Virus record (IMG/VR): IMGVR_UViG_3300025012_000045
Coordinates: 1 to 64,000 of that record
From: a virus
Strand: one strand, 5' to 3'
DNA length: 64,000 nt
Below are positions 40,603-49,807 of this stretch, piece after piece. The position numbers were made by a program, and so were the translations under genes. Each line of letters opens with the position of its first letter. Positions within the stretch are counted from its first letter, which is position 1. The notes below the pieces were generated by a model that made no database searches, was not told the DNA's origin, and was given only the letters and a program-made list of their open reading frames with translations.

Positions 40603-42013
40603 AGTAAAAATTAATAATAGTGCAATAAATTATTATAAAAATTTAGGATATAATGTTAAAACGGGGCAAGTAATTACCATTCCAATCAAACATTTATCAA
40701 AAGGCAGTAATATAAAAATAAAAGTACAATGCCAAGAATGTGATAAAATAAACACAACTGGATATAGTAGTTATAACAGACAGATTAAAAAACATGGATA
40801 TTATACTTGTAAAGGCATATGTAGTACAAAAAAAATTATAAAAACGAGTCTTGAAAAATATGGAACAAAAAATCCAGCGCAATCTGACAAAGTTAAAAAT
40901 ATAACAAAAAAAAATAATATGAAAAAATACAATGTTGAATATATAATGCAAATAGATGAATTTAAAAATAAAATGATTAATACAATGTTTAATAGATATG
41001 GGGTTAGTAGTTTTACACAAACAGAAGAATATATTATAAAAACCAATGAAACTAATATGAAAAAATATGGAGTACCTTGGTCACTTCAATCTGAAAATAA
41101 TAAAACAAAATCTAAACAGACTAAAAAAGAACTGTATGGCAATGAAAATTATAATAATCCAGAAAAAAGAGATCAAACAAATATAGAAAGATATGGAGTA
41201 AATACCCCATTACAAAATAAAGATATTAAAAATAAAATAGAAATTTCTAATATAAAAAAATATGGTTCCAAATATCCAATAACCACGCCAGAAATCAAAC
41301 AAAAATCAAAAAATACACTATTTAAAAATTTTGGCGTTAAAAATACTTGGGATTCAAAAGAAATTAGTGATAAAGGAAGAAAAACTAAAAAAGAACTGTA
41401 TGGGGATGAAAATTATAATAATCCAGAAAAAATATCAAAAACACTTCTTAATAAAACAGAAGAAGAAAAACAAATATCAGTAAAAAAAAGAAAAAAAACT
41501 AAAGAAAAATTATATGGAGATCCTAACTATAGTAACAGAAAGCAATCAGAAAAAACTTGTTTAAAAAAATATGGAGTAAAAAATGTGTCTCAAGATATAA
41601 TAATATATAAAAAAATATTATCTAAATTATTTACAACAAAAAATTACATTTTACCCTCTGGCAAAATTGTTAAAATTCAAGGATATGAAAACATAGCATT
41701 AGATTTATTGTTAAAAATTTATAATGAAAATGTTCTGGTAGTTGAAGATAAAAAAATTGAAGATATTATAGGAAAAATATATTATATAAAAGAAAACAAT
41801 AAAAAAGGAAGATATTTTCCAGACATTTATATTATTTCAGAAAATAAAATAATTGAAGTTAAAAGTGATTATATTTTTAAACTTGATAAAAATAATAATT
41901 TATTAAAAAAACAAAAATGTTTGGAAATGGGAATAAATTTTGAATTTATGATTTTTAATGGTAAAAAACAACTATTAACTGAACAAGAGGTTAATAGTTT
42001 AATTAATACTTAA
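40580..42013 (+). CDS. homing-endonuclease-like protein (KYGV/LYG repeats, C-terminal PD-(D/E)XK)
   Basis: Probable start MILTKKV; CQEC/C..C zinc motif; T..(K/R)YGV repeats; YFPDIYI..IIEVKS. Confidence 0.75.
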   Translation: MILTKKVEVKINNSAINYYKNLGYNVKTGQVITIPIKHLSKGSNIKIKVQCQECDKINTTGYSSYNRQIKKHGYYTCKGICSTKKIIKTSLEKYGTKNPAQSDKVKNITKKNNMKKYNVEYIMQIDEFKNKMINTMFNRYGVSSFTQTEEYIIKTNETNMKKYGVPWSLQSENNKTKSKQTKKELYGNENYNNPEKRDQTNIERYGVNTPLQNKDIKNKIEISNIKKYGSKYPITTPEIKQKSKNTLFKNFGVKNTWDSKEISDKGRKTKKELYGDENYNNPEKISKTLLNKTEEEKQISVKKRKKTKEKLYGDPNYSNRKQSEKTCLKKYGVKNVSQDIIIYKKILSKLFTTKNYILPSGKIVKIQGYENIALDLLLKIYNENVLVVEDKKIEDIIGKIYYIKENNKKGRYFPDIYIISENKIIEVKSDYIFKLDKNNNLLKKQKCLEMGINFEFMIFNGKKQLLTEQEVNSLINT

Positions 42014-42387
42014 ATAGACAATTTTCTTCCCAACAATCTTTCAAGCCTTTTATCCCCCGCAGCCCTTCCTGTTAATTCAGTAATTAAATCATCAACCACA
42101 TCAGACATATTTTTATTTGATTGTTGGGATATTTTAGGACGATTTGCAATCTCATCAATAGTTGGGGCATCATCATAATAATCAGGACCTTTTTCTGATT
42201 TTTCTTTTCTTATTGCTGATAGTTCTTTTGCATGATTTTCCATTTGAATATCCTCAGAATTCAAAATTTTTACATTTTCATCAGAAGATTTCAATATTTC
42301 TTCTTTAAGACCGTCAAATTCCTGTTGGGTAATAACTTTATCCTTTAAAAGTTGTCCCAGCTCCGTTAATTGTTCAATTTTTTTCAT
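42010..42387 (-). CDS. SHOCT-like early protein
   Basis: LLKDKVITQQEFD; early promoter at 42431. Confidence 0.6.
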   Translation of the reverse strand: MKKIEQLTELGQLLKDKVITQQEFDGLKEEILKSSDENVKILNSEDIQMENHAKELSAIRKEKSEKGPDYYDDAPTIDEIANRPKISQQSNKNMSDVVDDLITELTGRAAGDKRLERLLGRKLSI

Positions 42388-42508
42388 TGTTTTTATGTTT
42401 TAATTATTAAATAAATATCATTTTATAGTACAAAGGTAAGTAAAATAATTGACATTTCCAAGTAAAAAGTGAATTATTTTTAAAATAAATAGATATTTAT
42501 ATAAGAAT

Positions 42509-43543
42509 ATGAATATTTTAACAAGAGACTATTTAAAGAAATTTCATAAATTATCAAATTATGATCTTTCAGGTGAAATTATAAAAGAAGAAAAGGAATT
42601 GCTTGAAGAAGGCTGGCTGGGAAGAATTGCTGGTCTTTTGGGTATTACCGTTGCCTCATTTAGTTCAGCAATATCTCAAAAGGTGGATGTGCAACAATTA
42701 TCAAATAAAGTTGATTCAGAAACATTAAATAAAATTGAAATGGCAATGAAAGATCCATCAGTTGAACAAAAACTCAATCAACTGGGTGTTCCTGATAATA
42801 ATATTCAAAGAGTAATTAATAGATTAGAAAAAACAAGAAAAGTTAGTGGAGTTAAAGAAAAACAAGTTTTAAGTGATCAGGAATTAGTAAACTTATTAAA
42901 ACGAGAGTGGAATTTAACTGGGGTACAAACTGATACAATAATTGATACTTTAAAAGTAATAGCACCAGATACCACATCCTCTCAATACTTATTAAATTTT
43001 GGAGATTCTACATTTTTTGAAAGTGGTGGATATAATTTAAATAATCAAGAAATACAAAAAATAAATAATGTTGTTGATTTTATACAACAAGAAGGGAATG
43101 TTCTATTAAATATAACAATAGAAACTTCAACCGATAAACAAGGATTATCTATTAATTTACAAAATAAATTAGAAGATCTAGGTTATTCAAAAAATAATAA
43201 TGGTCTTTCTCAAGCAAGAAATAATCAAATAAAACAAATATTAATTAAGCAAGGGATTAATGATAGTTTAATTGGACAGGTAATATTATCAGAACAAGGA
43301 ACTCAAACAATTGATCAAAATGCAAGATATGTTAAGGTTAGATTTAATATTATTAATATTAAAAAAGATATAACATTTAAAGAGAAAGAAGAAATAAAAA
43401 CAACATATAAAAATACTTATAATCTAATATATTTTTATGCCAAATCAAAACAAATAAAAGAAAAACCTAAAATTAAATTACCTTCTTGCAAAATAAAAAT
43501 AAAATTGTTTAAAAAGGAAAGTTATTGCCCAGCATATCAATAA
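42509..43543 (+). CDS. OmpA-like domain protein with packaging leader and hydrophobic segment
   Basis: FESGGYNL, ETSTD, NNGLSQAR, ARYVKV; LLEE followed by GWLGRIAGLLGITVASF. Confidence 0.6.
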   Translation: MNILTRDYLKKFHKLSNYDLSGEIIKEEKELLEEGWLGRIAGLLGITVASFSSAISQKVDVQQLSNKVDSETLNKIEMAMKDPSVEQKLNQLGVPDNNIQRVINRLEKTRKVSGVKEKQVLSDQELVNLLKREWNLTGVQTDTIIDTLKVIAPDTTSSQYLLNFGDSTFFESGGYNLNNQEIQKINNVVDFIQQEGNVLLNITIETSTDKQGLSINLQNKLEDLGYSKNNNGLSQARNNQIKQILIKQGINDSLIGQVILSEQGTQTIDQNARYVKVRFNIINIKKDITFKEKEEIKTTYKNTYNLIYFYAKSKQIKEKPKIKLPSCKIKIKLFKKESYCPAYQ

Positions 43544-43548
43544 AATTA

Positions 43549-44160
43549 TTAATTTTTATTAAAAACGTGCTCAGCATTATTTGTTGTTTTTTCACATATC
43601 CCATTAAATGTTGACCAATACATTTTAACTGATGAAGTAATTATTTTATTATTAAAATTTATTATGTATTTTTTTTCTATAATGCTACATGCGCCATATA
43701 TTAGATTTTTATCTAATAAAAATTCATTATGTCCCCTTGAAGTTTTCCATCCATCCATAATTTTTTCTATAATATAAAACATATCACGGATATTAGTATC
43801 ATAAGTCCCAAAGTAAAAATTTTCACCCCAGCACATAATATCATTTTTATTTTTTACATATTTATTAAATCTATCTTTTAATGTTTTCAATTGTAAAAAA
43901 TTATCTTTTTGATTTTCTTTATGCCCAGCATATGCAATTATAGAATCTTTATCATCTATTATTGAATCGGTTTGTAGTGATAAATATGTTGAATGATGGA
44001 CAGACATATTATATACTTCTTCGTTCCAAATAAGTTCATTTAGTCCATTTGATACTCTGTATTCATTAATTTTTTCAAATAATAGAGAATCATATTTGGT
44101 TTGTGAGAATAAATTAAACCAAATAAAAGTTAAAAATAATATCATTATAAGTTTTTTCAT
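43549..44160 (-). CDS. CAP/SCP domain secreted protein
   Basis: Signal peptide; INEYRVSNGL, GEN, WKTSRGHN. Confidence 0.8.
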   Translation of the reverse strand: MKKLIMILFLTFIWFNLFSQTKYDSLLFEKINEYRVSNGLNELIWNEEVYNMSVHHSTYLSLQTDSIIDDKDSIIAYAGHKENQKDNFLQLKTLKDRFNKYVKNKNDIMCWGENFYFGTYDTNIRDMFYIIEKIMDGWKTSRGHNEFLLDKNLIYGACSIIEKKYIINFNNKIITSSVKMYWSTFNGICEKTTNNAEHVFNKN

Positions 44161-44235
44161 TGTTTTTATGTTTTAATTATCAAATAAATATCATTTCATA
44201 ATACAAAGGTAAGTATAATTTTTGACATATCCAAA

Positions 44236-44718
44236 TTATTTCAAAGAAAAATCAATTATATTAACTAATTCATTATCTAGAAATTCTTTGTTTATAGTAC
44301 CGTCAGATAATTTTTTAGATACCCTATCAAAAAATCCCCTTACTAAAGGTATTAATCCCTCAATGTTAATATTTTCTTTTGAAACTAATCCTTCTTTTTT
44401 AATCATTGCTATCTCTATCCATTTTTCAAAATTTTCTTCTTCTGGTTCTACTGGTCCAGTATATAATAAATCAAAGTAGATTTCTTTTTTTAATCTTTTG
44501 TTATTAGGCTTTGTTCTATATATATTTAATTGAAGTAGTTTTCCTACTATTTCTTTTTTCCAGTGATTTACATTTTCTTTTTCATGTGGAAAAGTTATAA
44601 TATAAAATATATGATTCAAAATATCATCAGAAATATTATTTAAAAGAATTTCCAGTCTTTTCCTCTCAACTGCCAATTCAGTCATAAGAATTGATTCGTA
44701 TATGGACATTAATTTCAT
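44236..44718 (-). CDS. DUF29-like protein
   Basis: ILNHIFY..NHWKKEI. Confidence 0.45.
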   Translation of the reverse strand: MKLMSIYESILMTELAVERKRLEILLNNISDDILNHIFYIITFPHEKENVNHWKKEIVGKLLQLNIYRTKPNNKRLKKEIYFDLLYTGPVEPEEENFEKWIEIAMIKKEGLVSKENINIEGLIPLVRGFFDRVSKKLSDGTINKEFLDNELVNIIDFSLK

Positions 44719-44805
44719 TTTCTTTAAATTTAATATTTTTAATTGTTAATTAGAATACAAAGGTAAGTATAATTTTTGACATTTCCAAATATAAAGTGAA
44801 TTATT

Positions 44806-45222
44806 TTAATAGTTAATTAATGTTTTCATTCTATTCAATTGTTCATATAAACCAGACCCATAATAAATTTTTTTATTTATTTCTTCTAATATTTTTTTAA
44901 AATTAGTCCAATATTTTTTATCTTGTGGTTTAGATTTTTTTATTACTACTTCTAATTTTTCAATTAAACATTGATTAATATCGTATTTATTACTTTCTTT
45001 CCAACACATATTATAAGCTTTTGTTTTTTCAAATTCTTTCATTTGAGCCGTATAAGTATCCTCACGAATTCCAAACCTTTTTAAAATTTCTAGTATATCA
45101 GAATTATCTAATGTTTTTTTATCAAAATAAGTCCCACTCCCACCAAGTTCTCTTGATAATTTTTCTGCTGTACTTGCGGCTCTTATTAATGGCTCAAATT
45201 CATGTGGTTGTTTTTCTGGCAT
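44806..45222 (-). CDS. hypothetical protein with C-terminal packaging-type motif
   Basis: Ends LYEQLNRMKTLINY. Confidence 0.65.
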   Translation of the reverse strand: MPEKQPHEFEPLIRAASTAEKLSRELGGSGTYFDKKTLDNSDILEILKRFGIREDTYTAQMKEFEKTKAYNMCWKESNKYDINQCLIEKLEVVIKKSKPQDKKYWTNFKKILEEINKKIYYGSGLYEQLNRMKTLINY

Positions 45223-45275
45223 CTTAAATATATTTTTATATAAATATCACTTAAATATAAAAAATTAATTATTTT

Positions 45276-45332
45276 TGCTATTGACTTTTTCAAATATTAT
45301 GTTTATCTTTGTATTATATATTAAAAAAATAA
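45276..45332 (+). promoter_or_regulatory. 57-bp early promoter, copy 2
   Basis: Matches 4807-4863 with one mismatch. Confidence 0.8.
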
Positions 45333-45389
45333 AGAACAATAAAATGAAATTTTTATTGCTATTCTATAATCTTTAGAATTAAATAAATT

Positions 45390-45629
45390 ATGAAAAATAT
45401 ATTAAATAAAATTGGAATGTTTTTGATCAAAAAACTTCATTTATTGTTAGTTATCACACATTTTAAAAAAGGGGAATTTATAACAGAAGAATCCATACAA
45501 ATATTAAAAGAATGTGTATTAGACCTCAAAAAATGTAATCAAACATTAGACAGAATAGACAAGGGACTTGAAGATTATGAAATGAAATTAATAGAGGACG
45601 ATTTTAATAATAAAATAAACTACAATTAA
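45390..45629 (+). CDS. island B leader-fused ORF
   Basis: MKNILNKIGMFLIKKLHLLLVITHFKK, then diverges from the island A copy immediately after the core site. Confidence 0.6.
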   Translation: MKNILNKIGMFLIKKLHLLLVITHFKKGEFITEESIQILKECVLDLKKCNQTLDRIDKGLEDYEMKLIEDDFNNKINYN

Positions 45630-45631
45630 TA

Positions 45632-45799
45632 TTACCAAATATGTTCTCTTTTTAAACTACCCATTTTTTCTATTGACTTATTATGATAATCTCTTAATTT
45701 TTCAACACGTTCCTCAATTTTATTTAGTTTCTCACTTAATACTTTGACTTCTTTTTGAAGTTCCTGAACTATTTTATTGATATTGTTTTCCATAGACAT
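45632..45799 (-). CDS. 55-aa coiled-coil protein (not in the track)
   Basis: MSMENNINKIVQELQKEV...HIW*; TAAATTTG promoter at 45815-45822. Confidence 0.55.
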   Translation of the reverse strand: MSMENNINKIVQELQKEVKVLSEKLNKIEERVEKLRDYHNKSIEKMGSLKREHIW

Positions 45800-45881
45800 T
45801 TTTGTTGGTGTTTACAAATTTACAACATTTTACTCTTTACAAAAATAAAAATTAGATTATATTTATAAAAAAAATAAAATT

Positions 45882-46154
45882 ATGAAAAAAATAATTTACT
45901 TCTTTATACAAGTTATCACACATTTTAAAAAAACATTTCAGTATTTTGACAGACATTTTAAAAAAAGACGACAGAAAAGTGAATTTAGAAAAATGACATT
46001 AGACCATCTTGACACACTTAAAAGTTTACCAAAACAAAATAGAAAAGAATATTTAAAAAGATTGGATTATATGGAAAATACATTAGGATTTCTTGGACGA
46101 GATTTTGTAGCCAGAAAACGTTTCTTCAACAGACTTCAAAATTTCTTCAATTGA
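45882..46154 (+). CDS. island B ORF spanning the second core site
   Basis: QVITHFKK..EFRKMTLDHL, homologous to the internal part of 6035-6829. Confidence 0.6.
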   Translation: MKKIIYFFIQVITHFKKTFQYFDRHFKKRRQKSEFRKMTLDHLDTLKSLPKQNRKEYLKRLDYMENTLGFLGRDFVARKRFFNRLQNFFN

Positions 46155-46454
46155 AATATAATCCATTAAAATTATGTTTTGGAATTCATATAAGTTTTTA
46201 GGTTTTATTTGTTCTTCAAAACGTCTCATAACATCACCGTTACGTGAAGATAAAATATTATAATACATATCATCAGTTATGACTGTAAATTTATTAGGGT
46301 TGTTTCTTTTGACAATATCAAAAATTTTATATGAATATGTGTCAAAATTTTTATTTTCAAACAAATTTCTTAACTCTTTGACTTGACTTTTATTAAAATA
46401 TTTAATACCAAATAAAAAACGATATTGTTTACTTGATTTAATTTTGTTAAACAT
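46083..46454 (-). CDS. hypothetical protein downstream of a tRNA 5'-half
   Basis: 123-aa ORF. Confidence 0.5.
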   Translation of the reverse strand: MFNKIKSSKQYRFLFGIKYFNKSQVKELRNLFENKNFDTYSYKIFDIVKRNNPNKFTVITDDMYYNILSSRNGDVMRRFEEQIKPKNLYEFQNIILMDYISIEEILKSVEETFSGYKISSKKS

Positions 46455-46468
46455 ATTAAAAAAATTAA

Positions 46469-46500
46469 AGGGGTGTTTTATCCGATTAAACTACAGGGAC
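46469..46500 (-). other. tRNA-like 5' half (acceptor 5' strand, D-arm, anticodon 5' strand)
   Basis: GTCCCTG TA GTTT AATCGGATA AAAC A CCCCT; homolog of 5017-5048. Confidence 0.65.
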
Positions 46501-46503
46501 ATT

Positions 46504-46731
46504 TTATTCATTATCAAATTCATTAAAAAATTCCTCAAATGTAATATTCAAATATTTACAAATCAAATCCAATGTTATTATCCCAATATTTCTGTTTGCC
46601 AGTTCAATTCTTCCTATGTTTATTCCAGTATCAAAAAAAAATACTTCCTGTGTTATTTTTCTTTCCTCTCTTAACTGTTTTATTCTCAAACCTATTTTCT
46701 TCAACAATATCTCATTTTTCCTCTTTCCCAT
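46504..46731 (-). CDS. XRE-family HTH regulator
   Basis: IGLRIKQLREERKITQE..IGRIE..N...TLDLICKYLNITFEEFF. Confidence 0.9.
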   Translation of the reverse strand: MGKRKNEILLKKIGLRIKQLREERKITQEVFFFDTGINIGRIELANRNIGIITLDLICKYLNITFEEFFNEFDNE

Positions 46732-46827
46732 GATAAAAAATTTGTGGGAAAGAACAGATTAAATAAAAAAATTATTAAATACCATTTGGTATTTTCAATA
46801 ATTATGTTTTTCTTTGTCGGTTTAAAA

Positions 46828-47265
46828 ATGAGAAAAAAAAGTCAAAATATATTTTTTCATATTATTTTTCCTTTATTTGTTGGGGGAATGATATATATTC
46901 TGTTTCGTAATGAAAATCTATTAATGTTCAGATGGTTTGAATTTTGGGGACTAAATGATTTAATATTGAATATAAGAAGATTGGTTAATGGTATTCAATT
47001 ATTTGAATGGGTTTTATATTCTTTACCAAATGGTTTATGGATTTATTCTTTAATATCATTTATGATAATATTATGGAATAAGAAAATAAATTTGGATAAT
47101 ATTTTATGGTTTATTATAATAATATCATTGGGGATTTTTTGGGAAATATGTCAGGGAATTGAAATTATAAGTGGTACATTTGATTGGATTGATTTGATTT
47201 TTTGTTTTGTTTTATCCGTTATTTCTTTATTTCAAATTAAAATTATTAACCTTAAAAAAATATAA
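46828..47265 (+). CDS. multi-pass membrane protein
   Basis: LYSLPNGLW, EICQ..ISGTFDWID; probable start ATG 46828. Confidence 0.7.
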   Translation: MRKKSQNIFFHIIFPLFVGGMIYILFRNENLLMFRWFEFWGLNDLILNIRRLVNGIQLFEWVLYSLPNGLWIYSLISFMIILWNKKINLDNILWFIIIISLGIFWEICQGIEIISGTFDWIDLIFCFVLSVISLFQIKIINLKKI

Positions 47266-47269
47266 AATT

Positions 47270-47533
47270 ATGAAAACAATAAAACATTTAATTTCGGTAT
47301 TGATTATTGGGTTTTTTATTATTATAGGAGTAGGAAGTAATAATGATAATAATACAACCAAAACAGAGGAAAAAGAATATAATTATGTACAATGTTGTAA
47401 AAATTGTAAAGGTAAGGGTACTGTTAGAGAATTTAGTAACAAAACTTATGATTGGGTGTACAGTTCTTGTCCAAATTGTAATGGTACGGGAGAAAATATT
47501 TATAAAGAAAAAGGTCAATGGAGATGTTTGTAA
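47270..47533 (+). CDS. membrane-anchored DnaJ-type zinc-finger protein 1
   Basis: N-terminal TM; CKNCKGKG...CPNCNGTG. Confidence 0.75.
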   Translation: MKTIKHLISVLIIGFFIIIGVGSNNDNNTTKTEEKEYNYVQCCKNCKGKGTVREFSNKTYDWVYSSCPNCNGTGENIYKEKGQWRCL

Positions 47534-47575
47534 CTAGAAATTATAAATTCTCCTTTGTTATAAAATCTATAAATT

Positions 47576-47836
47576 ATGAAAACAATAAGACACATTTTAT
47601 CAGGGTTATCTATTATATTTTATATTTTTCTAGGATTTGGAAGTGATGATTCTACTTCATCAACTGATGAAACAAAAGATAACTCAACAAGAGAAAAAAA
47701 ATCAACATGTTGTTGTCATTGTTATGGGTTGGGTAAAAGATTAAATGAAATAACAGGTGAATATGGAATATGTAATTCTTGTGATGGAACTGGTAAAGAT
47801 ATATATAATGTAACTGGTAGATGTAATTGTAACTAG
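47576..47836 (+). CDS. membrane-anchored DnaJ-type zinc-finger protein 2
   Basis: Paralog of the previous gene; CCHCYGLG...CNSCDGTG. Confidence 0.75.
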   Translation: MKTIRHILSGLSIIFYIFLGFGSDDSTSSTDETKDNSTREKKSTCCCHCYGLGKRLNEITGEYGICNSCDGTGKDIYNVTGRCNCN

Positions 47837-47860
47837 TAAATATAATTATCATTAAAAATT

Positions 47861-48475
47861 ATGAAAAATTTATTTTTAATAGGATTTCTTATAATACAAA
47901 TAATAAATACATATTCACAAACATATTCAGTGGAATATATTCGGTCTGAAACAACGAAATACTTGGAAAGATGTAAAGGAAGTATGTTATATCTTTATGG
48001 AGATAAAACTCCTTCTATGTGTAAAAACTCTCCTTACTGGGGTAAGAAAAAAATATACGAGCCAGAGATGATTGACGAAACCACCTATTCAGGTAAAATG
48101 ATCAGATATTTTGAGGGGACAAATAATATTTGTACAATTTCCTATTACTCAACTGGAAAAGAAACCAAAGATATTTTATTTCATCCAGATGGGACGATTT
48201 ATTCAATAATAAAATATCAATATGGGAAAAAAGAAGGGGAAGTAACTTTTGTTGACAGAAAAGGGAAAATAATATTAATAGGTAACTATGAAAATGACGA
48301 CCCTGTTGGTAATTGGTATACTCCTACTTGGTGGGATAATGGTTTTCCTATTACAAGTTCTTATGCCCGTAATCAATTTCCAGGTGCCATAGATGAAATG
48401 GTTCAAATAATACAATTTTATAAAAATAGTCATTATAGATTTATAGGTAATTTAGATATTCAAAATTGTGAATAA
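47861..48475 (+). CDS. secreted MORN-like repeat (YwqK-like) protein
   Basis: Signal peptide; FHPDGTI..YQYGKKEG..GNYENDDPVGNW. Confidence 0.6.
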   Translation: MKNLFLIGFLIIQIINTYSQTYSVEYIRSETTKYLERCKGSMLYLYGDKTPSMCKNSPYWGKKKIYEPEMIDETTYSGKMIRYFEGTNNICTISYYSTGKETKDILFHPDGTIYSIIKYQYGKKEGEVTFVDRKGKIILIGNYENDDPVGNWYTPTWWDNGFPITSSYARNQFPGAIDEMVQIIQFYKNSHYRFIGNLDIQNCE

Positions 48476-48785
48476 ATTATTTCTTTTCATCATTTTATTA
48501 TTCTCGTTAAAATCAGACAGAATATTTATTAACACTGACTGTTCTTTCAAAGGTCATAAACTATACGGAAAAATACAATATGTTGACAAATTCCCTGACG
48601 TTAAAGTACAGGTAGTTGATAATTTTCCAGATTTAAAAGTACAAATAGTTGACAATTTCCCAGACAAGTGTGGAAAATGGAAGATTGTTAAAGAATTCCC
48701 AGACCTTAAAGTTCAAATTGTAAAATCTTTCCCAGATATTAAAATTCAGTATGTTGACAAATTTCCAGGGTTAAACAAAAATTAA
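48468..48785 (+). CDS. secreted repeat protein (VDxFPDLKVQ repeats)
   Basis: About six FPD-containing repeats after a signal-like N-terminus. Confidence 0.7.
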   Translation: MNKLFLFIILLFSLKSDRIFINTDCSFKGHKLYGKIQYVDKFPDVKVQVVDNFPDLKVQIVDNFPDKCGKWKIVKEFPDLKVQIVKSFPDIKIQYVDKFPGLNKN

Positions 48786-48789
48786 ATCT

Positions 48790-49065
48790 TTGTCTCTAAA
48801 AAAAGAACAAGTCAAAGAATTGTCTGAATTATTAACAGATGAGGATATTTTTATAGTTTTTATAAAACTTGTAGAATTTTTACAGTCAGAAATTAATGAG
48901 TTTATTGGTTCCAATAAAAATGAAATTGTTAAAGATTTTATGAACTCTAGTTTTGTTAAACATGATTATTCTGAAATATCAAATGAAAATAAAGAAGAAA
49001 TTTTAAAATTGACCTATTATCACTTAAAACAATACTTTCTAAAAAAACTAGATAGAACAACTTAA
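48790..49065 (+). CDS. hypothetical protein
   Basis: 91-aa ORF. Confidence 0.5.
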   Translation: MSLKKEQVKELSELLTDEDIFIVFIKLVEFLQSEINEFIGSNKNEIVKDFMNSSFVKHDYSEISNENKEEILKLTYYHLKQYFLKKLDRTT

Positions 49066-49248
49066 TTTTTTCAATCTATCATTAACGTCTTTAATTATCC
49101 AAGAAATTGTTAACATATCATAAAGTATTTTTGATTTTTCCATCTCACATTTGACACCTTTTGTTTTCCATAAATAACATGGATGAACTAACATTTTTTC
49201 AATAGTATCAGTTTTACAATAATCTATTTTTGGTTTTTCATTTTTCAT
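49048..49248 (-). CDS. hypothetical protein
   Basis: Late motif directly upstream. Confidence 0.5.
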   Translation of the reverse strand: MKNEKPKIDYCKTDTIEKMLVHPCYLWKTKGVKCEMEKSKILYDMLTISWIIKDVNDRLKKLSCSI

Positions 49249-49312
49249 ACACCTATAAATATACAGACAAGGAATTTTTTAATATTCTGACAATAACGGA
49301 GGACATTAAAAC

Positions 49313-49446
49313 GTGTGATAACAAAGGGTTTAAGAAATGGTTTAGGATTGTGTGTGAGGTTATTTTGAATTATTCACTTACTTTTGTGTTTATATGACAG
49401 TTTTGTAATTTTTTAAACCACCACTTCTCAAACCCTTAAAACGTTA
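49313..49446. repeat. attC-like imperfect inverted repeat, copy 2
   Basis: GTGTGATAAC-A-AAGGGTTTAAGAAATGG ... CCACTTCTCAAACCCTT-AAAAC-GTTA. Confidence 0.7.
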
Positions 49447-49511
49447 TTTTTTGTTAAATATTATTTACTTTTATTATTTTATTAGTATTTTTGTATTAAA
49501 TAAGTAATAAA

Positions 49512-49733
49512 ATGAAAAAAAATAAACAAACATTAAGTCAGAGAAGAAGAAAGGCAACAAAACAAAAGAAAAAACATGATAAGGATTCTAAAAATAGGCC
49601 CAAAAGATTATTAAGTTTTAAAAGGGGACGAGCACAAATGGCATATACTTTCAATAAAAAAAGAATTGAGGAAATTCAAAAGATTCTTAAAGAACAATCA
49701 GAAGGGAAAGAAAGTATTATTGAAAATAAATGA
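49512..49733 (+). CDS. small basic protein
   Basis: Lys/Arg-rich ORF. Confidence 0.55.
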   Translation: MKKNKQTLSQRRRKATKQKKKHDKDSKNRPKRLLSFKRGRAQMAYTFNKKRIEEIQKILKEQSEGKESIIENK

Positions 49734-49807
49734 AAGGTCAATAAATAAATGATTTTTTTGAAATTAACTGATATTTATATAAATAAAATAATTATTTTTA
49801 ATTAAAA

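Larger units (their letters stand above)
45324..49452 (+). mobile_element. cassette island B
   Basis: Leader 45324-45471; core sites 45450, 45912, 49313 (rc); attC-like hairpin 49313-49446. Confidence 0.65.

Noticed and set aside
46089-46112. Possible 3' half for the island B tRNA fragment (tmRNA-like arrangement)
   Set aside because: Resembles the island A 3' half only loosely, cannot pair with GTCCCTG, and lies inside two ORFs
6035-49452. Diversity-generating retroelement explaining the repeats
   Set aside because: No reverse transcriptase in the window, and differences between copies are not adenine-specific
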